DNA of 63,967 nt, the filler included, from Octopus bimaculoides (lineage: Eukaryota), in assembly GCF_001194135.2 (NCBI RefSeq). It is 6 parts of 6 records of this genome, joined end to end, with 100 filler letters (N's around TTAATTAATTAA, not from the genome) between each part and the next. Parts side by side here need not be neighbours in the genome. Positions count along the whole stretch, not along the records: positions 1 to 28,987 come from NC_068983.1; 5 more parts are not named here. The stretch is one strand, 5' to 3'. Made by a program: the position numbers and the translations under genes. The notes under the pieces were generated by a model that did not search any database, was not told the origin of the DNA, and worked only from the letters and a program-made list of their open reading frames with translations. Shown here in pieces: positions 1-13,286 of this stretch. Position 1 is the stretch's first letter; every line of letters begins with the position of its first letter.

Positions 1-75
1 GAAAGCGGACGTTAAACGATGATGATGATGATGATGATATATGTGTGTATATATATATGTATATATATATGTGTG

Positions 76-109
<34 letters not shown>

Positions 110-171
110 TGTATACATATATATATGTATATATGTATATCTATCTATCTATATATATATATATATATATA

Positions 172-1130
172 CATATCGCCGTCCCTATAATATCACTGAC
201 TCCTTTACCTGCACTTCTAGCAACGTCATTTACTGCATCTCCTGCTCTTTCTGTCCTTCTCTGTACATTGGTCAAATGGGATGCTGCTTGGCTGAATGGT
301 CCTCGGAGCACCTCCATGACAGACTTGGCAATGACACCCCAGTATTGCGCCATTTCCGTTCTACTGGTCATTTATTACAATACCTGTCTGTGTTCAGATT
401 GTCTTTGCACAGGGGCCATCTGGACTCTTGCCTTCACTGTGAACATGAATTAATCTTCTCTCTTTGCTACTTTGTGCCACATGGGCTCAACTGCCCTCCT
501 TTCTTCATCTGACACCTACTTCCTCTCTTCACTCCTACCCACCTCTTGTCTCATCTGTTGCCCTGAAACACCTACTTTTTCTCTTTACTCATACCCACCT
601 TCTCTCTTCATTGATACCCCCTCCATCCACCCACCCACACACATCCCACTTCCACTCCCACTTACCCATCCTTACCCCCACATCCTCACCCCAAACCCAC
701 AACTTACCCTCACATCCCCACACTGCCACACCACACACCACCACACCACATCACACCATCCCCACATCACTCCACACACACTAGCACTGACCACTTCACA
801 GCACCTACACCATCATCTACACACACATACTCTCACATACACACATGCATGCACACCTTCGTTTTGGGATCACCAGTACTTTATTATTTCCCCTTCTTCC
901 TAGTTCTCCTAACTACCTTTGTCCGGCCTGTTGCCATGATTGATTACTAACTCCAAAAGTTTTTTTATTCTCTCTCAGTTTATTTCCTTGTGTTCTTTTC
1001 TGTTGAAGAGCATAGGCTCAAAATGTAAAAGACTTTCTCACCTTCCCGAGCATCAAACTAATAAACCTGCTTGTTGTTTATACCCCTGTCTTCGTCTTTT
1101 GTTTTTCTGTAAATTTCAACTCATATTACT
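172..1130 (+). mobile_element. Penelope-like element 3' fragment: decayed GIY-YIG endonuclease, CA-rich 3' region, terminal hammerhead-like motif
   Basis: Translates [38 protein letters not shown] (GIY-YIG, VIY...YIG...EH motifs). 845-1130 is homologous to the 3' ends of the copies at 18329-18610 and 60420-60710. Confidence 0.85.
996..1031 (+). ncRNA. Degenerate Penelope-associated minimal hammerhead motif
   Basis: tttt-CTGTTGA-AGAG catagg CTC-AAAAT-GTA-aaag. Same architecture as 18403 and 60524, but GAAAC is mutated to AAAAT, so probably inactive. Confidence 0.5.
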
Positions 1131-2069
1131 GTTGTATAAGTATTGCTCAAGTCAAGACAATTCAATTGCTATAATTGATATCAATGATTGACTTGGTTTT
1201 CCTTTCCTAGATAGTATATATACAGTCTGATCATTATGGCAAGTGCTTGTAGTTAATTAACTCATACTTTGGTTTGAGAAGATGCATTATTTACAAAACG
1301 GTCTCTTTTTTTTTTAATAAAATAAAGAAATCATCAGTTGCAATGTTGTACTCTGGGTTATGAATTGATAAAAGTACTAATAGTGTAATGAAGTTAAGAA
1401 AGTTTCTGTTTTGTCGTGCATACATGAATGTAAGGCAAGCACCATCAGGACTCTTATTAAAGTGATAAATCTTTCTAAAACTCCATGCTAATGTTTCTGT
1501 TTCTTTTCAGTAAGTGCTTATTTTTCATTGTTTTGCTTTCTCTTAAACCCGAGTTCTGGTTCCTTCTGATTGTTGTAAGGATGAATATAGTTATGTTTCC
1601 TTGCATTATGCTATCAATGTTACCATGTTGTGTCAGTCTTTATAACCCTTGTCAGGCAATGTCCAGACTTTGTTGAAAGTAGCATTAATAAATATCTTAC
1701 AACAGAAGTAGAAGACATAATTAGTAGATACTGATTACTGTGACCCTTTAAGCAGCTTCACTCTTGGCAAACTTTCTGTAACCCCAAAAAGTAGAGTTAA
1801 AATATCAGTTTTTTTTTTATATGTCCTTTGAAAAATCAATAGTTAACTCTTACATGACCTATATTTGATTATAAGACATTTGAGGCATGCTTGTGTCATT
1901 GTTCTTGGTCATGTAGCCTGATCATTAAACAAAATGTTCCCAGTTTGTTGAAACATTAAGTTGGTTTCATTTATTTCATCAATGCATTTTAGTAGCATCT
2001 AATGCAAATCAAAATTTGTCCGTTATATGTTCTTGATATGTAACCGCCTTGTTATTTTCTTCACTCTGC

Positions 2070-2180
2070 CAAATCAGATTGGAGCCTGGTGTCGCCTCCT
2101 GGTCCACCAGCCCTCAGTCAAATCGTCCAACCCATGCTAGCATGGAAAGCAGACATTAAACGACGATGATGATGATGATG
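2070..2180 (+). mobile_element. RTE-type LINE/SINE 3' tail ending in (GAT)n
   Basis: ...gtcaaatcgtccaacccatgctagcatggaaagcagacattaaacgacgatgatg. The same tail occurs at 1-48, 26380-26520, 26670-26822, 57200-57385 and, inverted, at 50815-50850. Confidence 0.7.
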
Positions 2181-4499
2181 AGAAAGAAGGAAAAGGCGAT
2201 TATGTCTTCTACTTTTTCCTTTCTGTACACTGATTTATCTATAAATAATAAACAAACTATCTTCCTTATGATGAAAATTCTCAAAATTTCACCCTCTACT
2301 GGTTGTTTTTTTTCAATGCTCAATCTATGTTTTATTCTCATACACTGTTTCTTCCTTTTTTTTTCATTATCGTAACCTTTTATTTTTTGTTGTTCCACCT
2401 ATTACTTTTTCTCTTTTTGCCATGTACTTCTAAATGAAACTAAACAAATGTTTTATATTTAACATCCTGAAAAGAAGTGGATTAATATCCTAGAAATCCT
2501 ATTTCTTAACAATAGCAACATCAAAAGGAAAGCAACATTGTCATCACTATTTTAAGTACCTGTTTCATTCACAAGCAATAAAAGTGAATAGTTTCTATAT
2601 ATTATAATGTAAAGCAATACAATTGTAATCCCCTAATTCATTCATGATCAAAACTTTATTCTTTACCTATCTGCCAAAGATATGATATTCTATTTGATGA
2701 AACACTTCTTCAAGAGAAGAACCAAAAGAAAAATACAAAACCCATTGTGTTATAAGAGCTGTTGATGTCTTAAAACAGTTATGTCCCTTGCATTTTCCTC
2801 TAGTATTACATCAAGCATGGCTGCTGACAGTGTATGTCTCTTTTAAATTAATTTAAGGATTATATCCAGAACTTACATTGTTACTTTAGAATGGATAGCA
2901 ATGTTTGACAATGTAAACACTATTGAATTATCAAAGATCATTGAATAGTGGTTGCATTCAATGAGATAGATATTTAGAATGAAAAATTTATTGCAATGTT
3001 CCTTGTCTAATGACTATTTTAAATCCATTTTGTCATGTATTTAAAGGATTTTGTGCCCTAGGTTTGTTTAATGATTGTGCCAGCCCTGCATTAAAAAAAA
3101 AAAAAATATGCATGACATTTTGTCTTTGCTTTGTTAAGTTACTCCCAACAAATTTTCAATGTTTGTATTACATTTTGTGCATAAAAAAAATAATGCAGAA
3201 TCTGCTAAGTTAATTGAATTAGTTTATGAGTTTTGATACTATAATCAGTTCATCTAGAAATTATTTGTAGTACATTGGCTTGATTTCATAATAATCAGAA
3301 ACATTTCCTTTCAATCGCAATATAATGTGTTTAGCACCTGGTTTTAAACAGGAGTGCATCATATGAATTTGCATATATGTTCTAATGTTGTGTCATTTTA
3401 TCTATAACTTCCTAATATGAAACCTATGCTTATTTTATAGATTCTTTGAACTCTCTATTATCACTTTGTAATGCTTTCCACAAAATTCATGCCATAATCT
3501 GCAATTGTTCTTGCATGCTGTAAATGTTTCTAATTCATAGTCATTTTAATAACTATTTTCATGTTCTCATATATATGAAAGATCAATCTTGGCTGTTTAT
3601 TCTTACCTAATTGTTGCTGCTATTCTGAATCATTGTTTTCTTTCTTATTTCACAAAGTTCCACCTCTAATAAATATATCATATATATATGTCCTTTCTGT
3701 TGTTAACAAAGTGGATTTCATCTTAGTCAATTTGCTATTGCATTCTTTATAATCTAATATCTAACTATACCACCTCTGTGTCAACTATGGACTTCATAAC
3801 CATTTTAGAAAGCGTTTTTCATCCTCCACTTCCTCCATATATACTTCTTATAGTCTGTATGACTGACTGATGTCACCTATTGATTGCTCTCTCTACACAA
3901 TATCAATCATTTCCTTATGTACTAACATCACTATTCTACTGCTTCATTTTATTGTTGAGCATTTGAATGGGTCACATTAAGGCTACCTACATTAAGAATG
4001 TTTAAGTTGAACTCATTCTCACAATAATTATCTTAGGATTCCTGAGAGAGAAATACTTTTTCAGTCCAGATTTTATTTTGGAATGGGTTCAAGGACTATT
4101 ATGAAGAGAAGTGTTACAATAAAGCTATCTACCTGTGCAGTAAACTTCTCAGTGAAAAATAGTTACTCATCTACAAGTGTATTGATGATTTATCTTCAAG
4201 TACGTTATTCACCAAATTATACAATCATGCTTCTCATTACTAAGTGAGCCACAAAGCCAACAAATACAAAGTAAAAATTGTTTGCACTTTGCTACTTACA
4301 GTCTAGCCTGAAATATGTATGTCATTCTATGTACTATTCAAATCAAAATTTCATGGTTAAGCATTCATAACAACTTAACTCTCAGTAATTTTACTTATAT
4401 ATCTGTTTTAATTTTTTATATTGTCATTTAATTAACTAATACTTGTACTTCTTCATTTAAATTCAATTCAACTCCCTTATATCAATACAGAGAAGAAAA

Positions 4500-4755
4500 A
4501 GTAAGGATCAAAGGTCCTTTCTGAGTCATAGGCTCGTAAGGCTAGTTTCCCAAGTTCTGTGACATATATATCCCCCCACTAATAGGATGCCTGTCTATCA
4601 CAGGATTATTTGTTCTTGTCAGCTGAGTGGAGTGGAGTAACATGAAAGGAAGTGTTTAGCTCAAGAACACAATGCATCACTCAGTCCAGGAATCAAAATC
4701 ACAATCTTACAATCATGAGCATAACACCCTAACCTCTAAGCCACGTGTCTCCACC
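4500..4755 (-). mobile_element. tRNA-derived SINE (V-SINE/Meta-SINE-like central domain), CpG-depleted copy
   Basis: The minus strand has a tRNA-like head ggagacacgtggcttagaggttaggg...gattcctgg followed by gtgttcttgagctaaacacttc...tccactcagctg. A related + copy lies at about 29588-29790. Confidence 0.55.
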
Positions 4756-6412
4756 TTATATCAATTAATACTTATGAAGCCGCACAGAACAGAGATTAAT
4801 AAGCACAGAAATGATTAAATATTTTAATTATTATATTGTAATATTTTCAAAAGTAAGAAACTATCAAAGAAGAAATACAAAATTCTTGGAAAAAATGTTT
4901 ACTTTGAACATACCAATGGCAGAGCATGGCACATCGAAAGAAATCTGTCCATACCTACCTCTCAAAATATTCTTGACTTCTAATACTTCTTTCACTTTGC
5001 ATGTAAATTAATGAAATGCTTGCCTAAGTATTGACTGCTGAGCACCAGATGACAGCATATGTGCTCATTTCATTGGTGACATAATTAATTTCACCAGAAA
5101 ACAATTGATATTATATGAGATTCAGGAGGATGCATAGGAAGCTGATGTAGCTTTTCTCTACTGCTTGAAAGATTGGCCACTTTATAGGTAGTAATGGATA
5201 ATATGCTTTTATTTAATGATGTACATTTGAGTTTCAACAATTGTCTTCATGAAAGACTCCAGAGCAATTTAACTGCATCTTAACATGATCCTGGTGGCCC
5301 AGAAGCAACTTGATAGAAGATATGGTACAGAAATGAAATATAAACAGCAAGCTTTGATCAGTGCTAAGGGAGCTACTACTGAGTAACATTGGAAAAGAGC
5401 TGAAATTAACTTTTATGAATTAAAAGGAAAGATCTGCCTTCTTGTCTGTGATTATTTTTTTGAACTGCCTGAAGTATATCCTTTAATTAAGACATACAAG
5501 ACATCTAGTAACATAACCATGAATGCTATCAAAAGCAACTTTACTCCAAATAGAGTACCAGACTGAAAGTTCTCTTATAGAAAATTATTTGCAATTCTCT
5601 TTCCATGTATTGTGTTGGGTTTCTAAATTCGATGCTTTTACCCACATCATATTTCCCTTTATCTTCTGTACAAAGTCTAATTTCTAAGTCAGTTTTCATA
5701 GGATATAAGTTATGAACCCAAGTTTCTATATGTTTCACATCATGCTTTCTCCCCCCCCCCACTCTCTCTCTCTCTCTCTCTCTNNNNNNNNNNNNNNNNN
5801 NNNNNNNNNNNNNNNNNNNNNNNNNNNNNNNNNNNNNNNNNNNNNNNNNNNNNNNNNNNNNNNNNNNNNNNNNNNNNNNNNNNNNNNNNNNNNNNNNNNN
5901 NNNNNNNNNNNNNNNNNNNNNNNNNNNNNNNNNNNNNNNNNNNNNNNNNNNNNNNNNNNNNNNNNNNNNNNNNNNNNNNNNNNNNNNNNNNNNNNNNNNN
6001 NNNNNNNNNNNNNNNNNNNNNNNNNNNNNNNNNNNNNNNNNNNNNNNNNNNNNNNNNNNNNNNNNNNNNNNNNNNNNNNNNNNNNNNNNNNNNNNNNNNN
6101 NNNNNNNNNNNGAGGAAAAACTATGATGTATGTCAGCTCAAAATTTCACCTCATCTCAATCCAAAGGAAATAATTTGTGAAGTCATAACACCAACATTAT
6201 CATTACACGTTCAAGAAAATACTCATAGAACCAATAGTGTTGGTTCTTAATTCCAGTGCAATAAAACCATCACTTCAACAAGAAGTATACACTTTGTGTT
6301 TTCTATTTCCTACAGAATTACAACCTCTGGAAACTACAACAATAATAGCTGTATGTAATATCAGATTTATTCACTCATTTGATTTCTTAAAAATATATAT
6401 TTATAATTTCAG

Positions 6413-6489
6413 TTCAATCAAGTTAGCCAACAGAGATGCTTCTTTGAAAGGACGTTTGAAAAGAGTGATTATAAAGGATTCAACAGCCC
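6413..6489 (+). CDS. KCNT: Internal coding exon of a Slo2/KCNT-like (Na+-activated K+ channel family) gene, pre-S1 cytoplasmic segment
   Basis: Acceptor ataatttcAG, donor GTAAGT. The 77 nt read (1 nt) SIKLANRDASLKGRLKRVIIKDSTA (1 nt), and the split codon C|GT joins in frame to the exon at 13190. It aligns without gaps to KCNT1 [16 protein letters not shown] as recalled. Confidence 0.75.
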
Positions 6490-6879
6490 GTAAGTATACT
6501 TGTGTGAATTGTATTATTTCTAGTTTGATAACATTAAGCATATTTGTTGTGAATAACGGTATATCATTCTATAGTGGAATACCAATGCAGCTATAAAGAA
6601 GTTGGGCTTACTGATAGCCACTCTATGACTCTGAATTTACACTTGTCAGTGTTATTATGCATTGTTTTCTAATGGATTAGTCAAGAGAAACAGGTAGAAT
6701 TCTCATGTACTTCACAGACCCTTTGAGATTGGTGAGATCAATAGAATTATTCTTCAGTTTGAACCTCTGTAAATTAATACTACAGGAAAAGCAAGAATAG
6801 GATGAGAATTTTAGAAGGTTGAAGGGAGGATTCAACAAAGTGTTTAATGCAGATCCCAAGGATAAGATACAGCAAGAGT

Positions 6880-9060
6880 AATGAAAGGAATGCAGGAGAG
6901 ATAGATGTGTTGGATGGCAGTAATATACAACCATCTAGCTTAGATAAGGCAGAGAGGAGATAGTATATATGTGAATCAAGGGTTATAGTGTGTTACATAA
7001 GAGAGTAATGTCACTCAGTGGGACAGCCTTCTTTTGAATGCAATCTTGATTGAGTGAGTAGCAGCAGCACTGTTCCAGATATGGAAGCAGTAGTGCATTA
7101 TGGGTCTTATTTCAGTTTTTTCAGTTTTGTATAGAGTTAGCAATTAATTGGAGTTGAAGCATTTTATGTCCCTAAAGACACAGTCTAGTGTTATGGATGC
7201 AGTTTTAGTAATGTTATACATAGGGGTTTATAGGAAAGATCATAAGTAATTATGAGGTCCAGAATTTTCAGTAACCTTTAGGGTTTCAGTTGCATGTTGT
7301 TAAAGACTAAAGAAAATGAGGTACTGCTTCCTTCATATGAGAAATGATTGTATTTTTGTGTTGTTAAAAGTGACTGCATTGTTATGTCCTCATAAGAAGA
7401 TTTCTTAGACCTCTATTTATGGAAACAGTTTAGGTTTGGAGGTGATGTCTAGGTTGCATGTGGATCATTACCTTCTGCAATGTTAGAAGAGACATAAAAC
7501 AAGTTGTTATTGTACAAAAGAAAGAGCATTGATTAGAGAGAATCTTGCATGCTTATGTTGCAATAGTCTCATCTAAAAGGAAGCTTCTAGTCCAAGAAAA
7601 GAGAGATAATGAGGTGGAGTTCACAAGCAGGTAGCAAAACTTGGAAGTTCTCATGTTAGACACAGTTAAAGGATTTCATAATGTTAAGGGCAACAGCATT
7701 GTTGTAACTGAAGTATTTGAATGAAATCAAATCATTAATGAGTCATCAAGTCATTCAGTAAAGACAAGTAATTAACACCAAAATAGTTGTTTATTCTCTC
7801 TCACTTGATATCTCACTATGTTGGGCTTAAATTCCACTTGAACAGTCATTGCCATTCAACCTACTTAGATTGCATTAAATAATATATCTACTCTTGACTA
7901 TATTCTTGTCTTTACAAAAATAGTCCTAAATTCTTTGCAGGTTACACTGTGAGCTTCTTCTTCAATATAGAAAATTGGAGACAAGGGTCTGCCCTCATGG
8001 ATTTAACATCACTATCACTTTACTTTTTGATGATTTAACTGCACAGAATATTCCCTAACCTCGTCCACCTAATAATGTTGTTAGCACTACCTGTTAATCT
8101 CCAATATCTACACTGTTAATTGTTCAGGAAATATAACCTCAACTACTTTGGCTTTTATCCCCTTTAAATTATCTCTGTTCCTTGAATGCGGTTCGGAATT
8201 ATGTCAACTGGAACACAGAACATAACTGGTAAACTAAATTACAACACTGAAAGGCTAAATTTACTATTGTTTGATTATGTTACTGATTTTTCTGAAGGAT
8301 GAAAAAGAAGACACTCTTGGGTTTGAGTTTAGAACTAGTGAAGCAGATTTAGATCATGTAATGTAAATGAAGTGGCAGTTTGCTGTTTTTGCCAACAAAG
8401 CAACTTCGTTAACAGGATTAATAGAAGAATATTTGAGAGGTAGCATGATATAGTTTGAGGGTGATCTGTTGGCTAAATTTTGCTGGATGAGCAAATCTGT
8501 AAAGTCATGGAATTACAAAATGGTGGAGAACAGGACAAAAAGCCTAGCACTATAAACTACCACCAATACAAGTAGTTTACCAAGATTATTCAATTGGCTA
8601 CCCTCTTTTCCTTCAAATATGTTATGTTCACCAAAGTTAGAAATTAAGTACGAGAACAATAAGCAAAATTTTATACAAATGAAGCTCCTGGTTAAATGAA
8701 ATCAGCTTTAATTCTTCTATGTTTTTAGGGATAGGAAGAGCAGTAAGTTATCTTTAGGATAGTAAAGGTGTGATTTAATGTAGACTTGACTATTATTTCT
8801 GGTAGATAGAACCATCTACAGGCTTGTTTGTTAACTTAGTGACTTCAAACTAACAAGGATTGATTTGGAAGCCTTATAAAAGCCCCATTACTGCTTAGCA
8901 GACAATATAGATTTTCCCATATTGGTTTAGGGACCATGTAGAAACTCTTTCATTGGCTCAGTAACCAGAAACAGTAGAATTGATTTAGATTCTTAATTTG
9001 AGCCTTTTACATTTTGAGGCAAAATTCTTCTAAAAATGACAAAATAGGTATTACTAATAT
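6880..9060 (-). mobile_element. Old, frameshifted CR1/Jockey-like LINE (APE and RT remnants) in the KCNT-like intron
   Basis: Minus-strand remnants AVALNIMKSFNCV.HEN (LDISKAFDRVWH-like) near 7650 and RPIMHYCFHIWN (RPxLEYCSHIW-like) near 7090. Many stop codons. Confidence 0.6.
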
Positions 9061-9235
9061 ATCTGAGTATATTCAATCTAACAAATTCTTCCTTAATTAG
9101 CTTTGTATCTATATAAAAAAAACAACAATATTATTGATTAGCTACAGATGGAAATCTTTTAGAGATAACACCTGATTAAATTTTTTCCAATAAGTATCAA
9201 AATGTTTTGCAATACAGTCCTTTTATTTATAAAAC

Positions 9236-9328
9236 ACTAGCAGAAATACCCGGCGTTGCCCGGGTTAAAGAGAATAATGAAATCTAAAAACGCCGTCTAG
9301 ACTACGCATCATCTTTATATATAGAGAT
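9236..9328 (+). mobile_element. 93-bp Helitron/Helentron-like mini element
   Basis: Starts ACTAGCAGAAAT with a perfect hairpin ACCCGG-cgttgc-CCGGGT and ends tttatatatagagat. It retains CpGs in otherwise CpG-poor DNA. Confidence 0.55.
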
Positions 9329-10579
9329 GTATATACACACACGCACCCAAACACACGTATATATATGTATATCAATATAAATATATGAAAGTCAATGAAG
9401 TTTCGTAAAAGAAGGTGATCATGTACATACTTTCTTGCTGTTGTGATTATAACACCTCATTGTAAACTATGTTCCTTGTTTTCCCTTGTGGAGCATATAC
9501 AAATAGGTTTTTTGTTGCCGCCCACTCTTGAGCAGCCAACATACAGTTGTCCATGTGAGAAGCAGGGCTCTTCNNNNNNNNNNNNNNNNNNNNNNNNNNN
9601 NNNNNNNNNNNNNNNNNNNNNNNNNNNNNNNNNNNNNNNNNNNNNNNNNNNNNNNNNNNNNNNNNNNNNNNNNNNNNNNNNNNNNNNNNNNNNNNNNNNN
9701 NNNNNNNNNNNNNNNNNNNNNNNNNNNNNNNNNNNNNNNNNNNNNNNNNNNNNNNNNNNNNNNNNNNNNNNNNNNNNNNNNNNNNNNNNNNNNNNNNNNN
9801 NNNNNNNNNNNNNNNNNNNNNNNNNNNNNNNNNNNNNNNNNNNNNNNNNNNNNNNNNNNNNNNNNNNNNNNNNNNNNNNNNNNNNNNNNNNNNNNNNNNN
9901 NNNNNNNNNNNNNNNNNNNNNNNNNNNNNNNNNNNNNNNNNNNNNNNNNNNNNNNNNNNNNNNNNNNNNNNNNNNNNNNNNNNNNNNNNNNNNNNNNNNN
10001 NNNNNNNNNNNNNNNNNNNNNNNNNNNNNNNNNNNNNNNNNNNNNNNNNNNNNNNNNNNNNNNNNNNNNNNNNNNNNNNNNNNNNNNNNNNNNNNNNNNN
10101 NNNNNNNNNNNNNNNNNNNNNNNNNNNNNNNNNNNNNNNNNNNNNNNNNNNNNNNNNNNNNNNNNNNNNNNNNNNNNNNNNNNNNNNNNNNNNNNNNNNN
10201 NNNNNNNNNNNNNNNNNNNNNNNNNNNNNNNNNNNNNNNNNNNNNNNNNNNNNNNNNNNNNNNNNNNNNNNNNNNNNNNNNNNNNNNNNNNNNNNNNNNN
10301 NNNNNNNNNNNNNNNNNNNNNNNNNNNNNNNNNNNNNNNNNNNNNNNNNNNNNNNNNNNNNNNNNNNNNNNNNNNNNNNNNNNNNNNNNNNNNNNNNNNN
10401 NNNNNNNNNNNNNNNNNNNNNNNNNNNNNNNNNNNNNNNNNNNNNNNNNNNNNNNNNNNNNNNNNNCTGTCTCTCTCTTTCTCTCTTTCTCTCTCTGTGA
10501 AAGTATCTGTCACTACAGTATCGAAATGTGATTGTTTCAGTTAGTGGAATAGTTTCATTTTTAAAGTGAAAGTATTTGA

Positions 10580-10770
10580 CATGAGTGTTTTTGTTTCACT
10601 TTTGACACGTAATACTTAAATAGTGGAGGAGATATTATGTTGCCGTGGGCTCGAACTCTGCAAGAAGTTAATAATTTTTTTTTGACTAAAACACAACTGG
10701 AACCCTAAGTAAGGCATGTGTAAAATTTGAATGAAATTGGTTGCGTAGTTCTCGAGTTTTAGGGATTCAC

Positions 10771-10801
<31 letters not shown>

Positions 10802-10832
10802 CACATTCTCATTTTTATATATATATAGATTA
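10580..10832 (+). mobile_element. Helentron-associated (HINE/DINE-1-like) non-autonomous element with internal (GACA)n
   Basis: aaaatttgaatgaaattggttgcgtagttctcgagtt...(acag)n...tttatatatatatagat. Related copies lie at 17085-17345 (minus) and 28270-28455 (plus). Confidence 0.55.
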
Positions 10833-11469
10833 TCTTTGTTGTTGACAGTTTCATTTCCTTTAACATCAATGCTTGATTTCTCAAAATTTTGTGCAATGTC
10901 ATGCATGTGCGTGTGGATATCTGTATTTGTGCATGAGACTCAAAATACAAATGAGAAAATCGATATTACTAATAACAGAGTTAAGGTTTGTCATTCTGTA
11001 ATATGATTCTGTACATTTCTTGTTACTTTTCTAATTTTATCATTAAGTTTATAATAAAACGTCTTGCTTAAATGAAAATTTGCAACTTGTCCAAAATAGT
11101 GTGTATAAATTTATAAAATTTCAAGTATAAAAAAAGTAAGCAATTAATGAAAATGCGTCAAAATTATTTATCAAATAAAAATAATGTCTTGAATATTTTG
11201 TATTATATAATCTGAAACAGAAATTTTTCAAGACAATCATTTGACAGTTTGCAACATCCTGGATTTTACAAATGAAGATGCATGAAAAGATTTCATCTCA
11301 AAGATAACTAATACATGCAACTCCAAGTCAGCCTTGGTTGAGAAAATATATGATCAAAAGCTCTCTAACTGAAAAACCTGCTGTTTTACACGAAATCGGA
11401 AATTTTTTCACATTAATATCAATAGAAAAAGCTTAAGGACCCCTTATATGGTCAGAGATTTGGGACATC

Positions 11470-12065
11470 CTAATTGAGAAATTTGATGAGAGAGAAGAGG
11501 AACTATAGACTTGTAACATAGAGAGCAACTGGGAATTCCTGTGGGACAGCTTGCTGAGTGCCACGGACCCTATTCTGCAGCTGATGCAAAGTCCCATCCA
11601 GACCTAGGGTGACGTGGTGGTGGAACAATGCTGTAGACAAGTTCATTAGAGCAAAGAAACAGGCCTCAAAGGACTGGAAGAGTGGAGGTGGCAGGGAACT
11701 GTATCGATAGCTAGAAAGGAAGCTAGGAGACAGGTATATCTAGCCATGGGAGAAACAGAAAAGAAGACATTTGCTTATGTTCAGCAACATGAGGACTTAA
11801 GACTTATGCATTTTAGATTGCAAGGCAGTGTGTGAGAGAAAATTGTGATGTCATAGGGAAGAAATGTGTCTGCATGAATGATGGTGCACTTGCATTTAAT
11901 GGTTCTGCAAAGAAAGAGGCTTGAAAATGCCATTATGAAAGACTGCTGAACGTGGAGAATGAATGGGAAGAGGAGAATCTGCCAAACGTTGACCCAACTA
12001 AGGGAGCAGATATCCAAATCAACAGTACCTTGGTAGATAAAGTAATGAAGAATATGAAGACAAGA
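11470..12065 (+). mobile_element. RTE-clade LINE fragment (region between APE and RT)
   Basis: Translates RPRVTWWWNNAVDKFIRAKKQ...ARKEARRQVYLA and AWKCHYERLLNVENEWEEENLPNVDPTKG, the pre-RT region typical of the same type of element as 51640-52717. Confidence 0.75.
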
Positions 12066-12106
12066 CATATTAAGAATCTACTTTGGTGGTCATTCCTCTT
12101 ATATTT

Positions 12107-12159
<53 letters not shown>

Positions 12160-12399
12160 GTACATATGCACACACACACACATATATGTATATGCATATA
12201 TAAGTTAAGGAATGGAGTAGATAGGATCTGGGCTGCATGTTTCATAGCGAGCAGAACCTTGGAAGTGGTAAATATCCAGGCAAGGTGTATACCATAGGCT
12301 ACTTGTTATGACACAGGTATTTTGACAAAATGAAAGTTTACATTGTTGTAGGGAGGTACATGTTAACACATGAAAGATTTGATATATGTAAGTATGTAT

Positions 12400-12635
12400 G
12401 TATGCTTTTCAATTGGAGGATTGAAAAGGCATGTCAAAAGACTTCATACTGTGACACCTGTTCCCACTGCCAGCCAGCACAGCTGTGCATTATGCAATAG
12501 AATGTGCAAATCTTTGGCTGGGTTTAAGAGTCACACAAGGATCTCACATTGCATCATCAATGACTCATTTCAGTCAGTCTTTCACACAGTCGCTTTGCTT
12601 GTATATGAGAAAGCAGCTACTATGTATGTATGTAT
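12400..12635 (+). mobile_element. RTE/BovB-like LINE 3' end with C-terminal zinc finger and (TATG)n tail
   Basis: CALCNRMCKSLAGFKSHTRISH (CCHH finger), followed by a short 3' UTR and tatgtatgta. Confidence 0.65.
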
Positions 12636-13189
12636 ATTCCTTAAAAAAAGACAGGATTATAAACGTAAAGATAAAATTAGAAAAGAAACACAAAATATAC
12701 AGAATCAAATTACAGCATGACATACCTTAACACTGCTGTAGGTAATATCAATTTTCTCAAATTGTATTTTGAGTCACAGCATACACACAGATATTCATAT
12801 GTACATGCATGACTTTGCATAAACTTAGTGATTCAGCAAGAGAAATGATAGAATAAGTACCAGGCTTTTAAAAAGTAAAATAGATATTGGGGTTGATTTG
12901 TTTGACTAATATTTTTCAGGGCTATACTCCAACATGGCTGCACTCTGAAGTGATTGAAGCTAGTAAAAGATAGAATACAATTTTTCTGTATACCCATAAT
13001 AGAATCAACTTTATTAAGATGAATTTGATAATATGAATATTTTTGCAAAATAGAATCATTGGTTTAATTTTCATTATTCCCCTTCCCAAGAAAAATGGAA
13101 TTATTTATTAAAAAATTACAAGTAGAAATAGTAAAATGCTACATTTTTCTTTCTTATTTCCCTTTCCTAATATTAAATTGTATTTTTAG

Positions 13190-13286
13190 GTCGAGTGGCT
13201 ATCATATTTGACTTGATCATACGCCTTATAGCTTGTCTCCTTTATGTCATTCGTGTTATTATTGATGATCAGCAAGAATATGATTG
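13190..13286 (+). CDS. KCNT: Internal coding exon of the Slo2/KCNT-like gene, S1 transmembrane helix
   Basis: Acceptor tatttttAG after a polypyrimidine tract, donor GTAAGT. The 97 nt read (R)RVAIIFDLIIRLIACLLYVIRVIIDDQQEYD(C/W), matching the KCNT S1 motif [16 protein letters not shown]. Ends in phase 2. Confidence 0.82.

Noticed and set aside
1388-1429. Possible first channel exon MKLRKFLFCRAYMN with GTAAGG donor
   Set aside because: Its phase-0 donor is incompatible with the downstream exons, which need phase 2 or phase 1, and there is no recognisable homology.
9443-10544. Long ORFs dominated by X (also 38163-39122, 42001-42948, 56244-57309)
   Set aside because: They are open only because N-gaps contain no stop codons.
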